Shown here piece after piece: positions 61,643 to 64,000 of a stretch of DNA of 64,000 bases (position 1 is its first letter; every line of letters begins with the position of its first letter). Made by a program: the position numbers and the translations under genes. The notes under the pieces were generated by a model. That model saw only the letters and a list, made by a program, of their open reading frames with translations. It was not told the DNA's origin and ran no database searches. This DNA is from Mustelus asterias (Eukaryota). The stretch is from contig NC_135813.1 of assembly GCF_964213995.1 (NCBI RefSeq), positions 74,772,001 to 74,836,000 on the forward strand. The letters run 5' to 3'.

Positions 61643-62992
61643 TCCCTGTCTCTGAGGCCAGAAGCTCCGTGTTTGAGTCCCACCCCAGGGGATCAAGGAA
61701 GGTGCCTTCATTAATGCAGGCAAACAGATTGAGTGTGTCAACCTGCAAATCCTTCCCAAATAGCAATAGCTGAGAGGGTGAGACTCCTGGTCAGCCATGT
61801 TTCTTTGTGTAGTGGTGTCTCTCAAACTGTAAGCCTCTGGAGACAGACTAGCAGGACAAAATGTCTGTCTTAGTGTGCTACTAGCTGCAGGGATAGAATT
61901 GGAATTGGAATAAAATTGATGGTGACAGACAATAAAACAGCACACTGATGTTTGGTTGTCAGATGGAATTCAATATAAAGAAGTGTAACAAAGGCAGTGA
62001 TACAATCCAGTCAGAGACCAGCAACCCTTTGTCTAAAGGAAGCAAAGTCTGAAATCCCAGTTACCAACCAGGAAAATAAATCCATAAGATTCCACAGTTT
62101 TAAAAAACAATGATAAGCTTCACTGTATGAAGTCAGAAAAGTAAAACAACATTCAGAATTAATATGAGGTAAATATGAATAAATAGACAAACTGTGATCA
62201 CACACACCAGACTACACACAAAACGGCAGATGCAATCAAAACAGTTCCCACAGATTTCTAAGCAATACACCCAGATGTCAGTGATTACCGCGAGTCACAA
62301 TATGTTGTTAAACCTCTGTCTTCCTCACGAGGGATTTTAACTCCTCACTTTTGAAGATCTAGCCTCTGAATCATACAGCCTCAAAAACTGCCCGCCTCTC
62401 AATGGTTCAGTCTCTTCTTCTGAGACTGCATTACAGGTAATTCATAAATCTACACTTCCACCTCTAATTACCAGCATATGTTGAACCGTTTCACTGACTG
62501 CAAGTTTCACTAAGCTGGCACTGCCCTGGGTTTCTACAAACTTCTGTCTTCCAGCTGCACCAAGCTCTAAATGACTTTCACGGCATTTCCTGATCCCTAA
62601 CTCTCTCCAGCATGGAACCAGTGCTTTACCGCCATGTTCTTAGCTGTCCAGGACTTTTCCCAAGCTTGAGCTACACAGAGTGGCTTCAAGGACTTTTCTA
62701 TGAGGTGGAAACCCATCCAAAGTCCAAACTGCAACCCTCAGCTGCACTGTACAGCTCTTCTGTATCCCAACTACCTGCTACTAGCAGCAGCTATTTAGTA
62801 TTGAGCCTCTTCCCCTGATGAAAAACACTCCCTCGAGCAGCAAACACACAGATAAATTGAGCTCCATCCATCTCCATGGCAATACAGCCCTTCATGGTTC
62901 ACTGAATACTTTTAATCAATTAATTTAGCTCTAACTCCCAAAACAAACATCTCTCTAGATTTTGCTTTTTTCCCCAAGAAGTGTAGACACCA

Positions 62993-63155
62993 TGGACAAG
63001 ATTTTCTGGCCTCCTGTTTCTCGTGGTGGGAGACGACGCACCACTTGCTGGTGGCAGGATCTTTTTGTCCCTCCGCTGTTAATGAGATTTCCCTTTGAAT
63101 CCGGTCACATCTTTGAGAAGATCCCATTGGCGTGAATGGCCAGAAAGATCCGGCC
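62993..63155. mobile_element. MITE with imperfect ~18-bp TIRs and 3-bp TSD (PIF/Harbinger-like)
   Basis: cat|ggacaagattttctggcc ... ggccagaaagatccggcc|cat. Confidence 0.6.
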
Positions 63156-63419
63156 CATGTCTCCAGTTCTCCAGCTAAGTAAGCCCACCTGCTATTTTAT
63201 GATATTTTCTTCCTAGCTGTAAACCCCTTAAGTCAACGCATCCTGAACGTTTTAAATGTAATAGACTTCAATCCACTTTAGTTACATTTATCGCATTTTC
63301 TACAGTGAAATTTTAATCTTCCCGGAACTAAACATGATCTCTAAAATATTAACATGAACCATGAACTAGATATTCATCACAGTACCAAAAACAGTAAATA
63401 TGATTACAAACTGATGGAA

Positions 63420-63775
63420 GGCGATAGCCTGGTGGTATTATTGCTGGACTATTAATCCAGAAACTCAGCTAATGTTCTGGGGACCCGGGTTCGAATCCCG
63501 CCACGGCAGATGGTGGAATTTGAATTCAATAAAAAAAATCTGGAATTAAGAATCTACTGATACCTATGAAACCATTGTCAATTGTTGGAAAATTCCATCT
63601 GGTTCACGGATGTCCTTTAGGGAAGGAAATCTGCTGTCCTTACCTGGTCTGGCCTACATGAGACTCCAGAGCCACAGCAATGTGGTTGACTCTCAACTGC
63701 CCTTGGACAATTAGGGATGGGCAATAAATGTTGGCCAGCCAGTGACGTCCAGGTCCCATGAATGAATAAAATAAA
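63420..63775 (+). mobile_element. Third tRNA-derived SINE family, full length
   Basis: B-box gggttcgaatccc, tail catgaatgaataaa. Siblings at 18278-18487 and 7668-8105 (degraded). Confidence 0.8.
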
Positions 63776-64000
63776 ACTAATGGAAGAAAATCTTTAAAGA
63801 GTGTTGGACAAAGGTTTGGCAGAATTTAGCAACTAGTCACTGAAATTCTTACAACAAAACTTGCATTCATATTACAAGCTTAAGATTAAAATATTCCAAG
63901 GTACTTCACGGGATCATGATCAGATAAATATTGACACCAAGCCAAAGAAGGAGGTTATTAGGAGGGAAGAAGATTTGATTATATTTATTATTGTCCCATG

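Noticed and set aside
60837-64000. Further upstream CFAP73 exons
   Set aside because: No minus-strand frame with family similarity and splice sites was found. They probably lie beyond the window.

Overview
Eukaryotic genomic DNA from a cartilaginous fish (shark-type repeats: HE1/V-SINEs, HER1/CR1 LINEs, Rex1/Babar, Deu-SINEs). Three genes can be read from the sequence in the same order and orientation as the human RITA1-DDX54-CFAP73 block. (1) The 5' coding part of RITA1 (minus strand, 1..261, absent from the ORF track) lies head-to-head with (2) a complete 20-exon DDX54 DEAD-box helicase gene (plus strand, ATG 2749, TAA 36313, 853 aa from the summed exons, one U12-type intron). (3) The last five coding exons of CFAP73/CCDC42B (minus strand, 60836 to 42273) converge on DDX54. 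The most striking non-genic signal is a set of fold-back (palindromic) insertions from two Penelope-like retroelement families. Most carry minimal hammerhead-ribozyme cores (CTGANGA...GAAA with a palindromic stem III), a 30-40 nt unpaired tail and target-site duplications of about 7-16 bp. The largest is a ~1 kb, ~98% perfect palindrome (59111..60098) with a GIY-YIG endonuclease C-terminus on both strands. Most ORFs in the supplied track are spurious or transposon remnants. Repeat family names come from my recognition of the sequences, not from a database search, and repeat boundaries are approximate.
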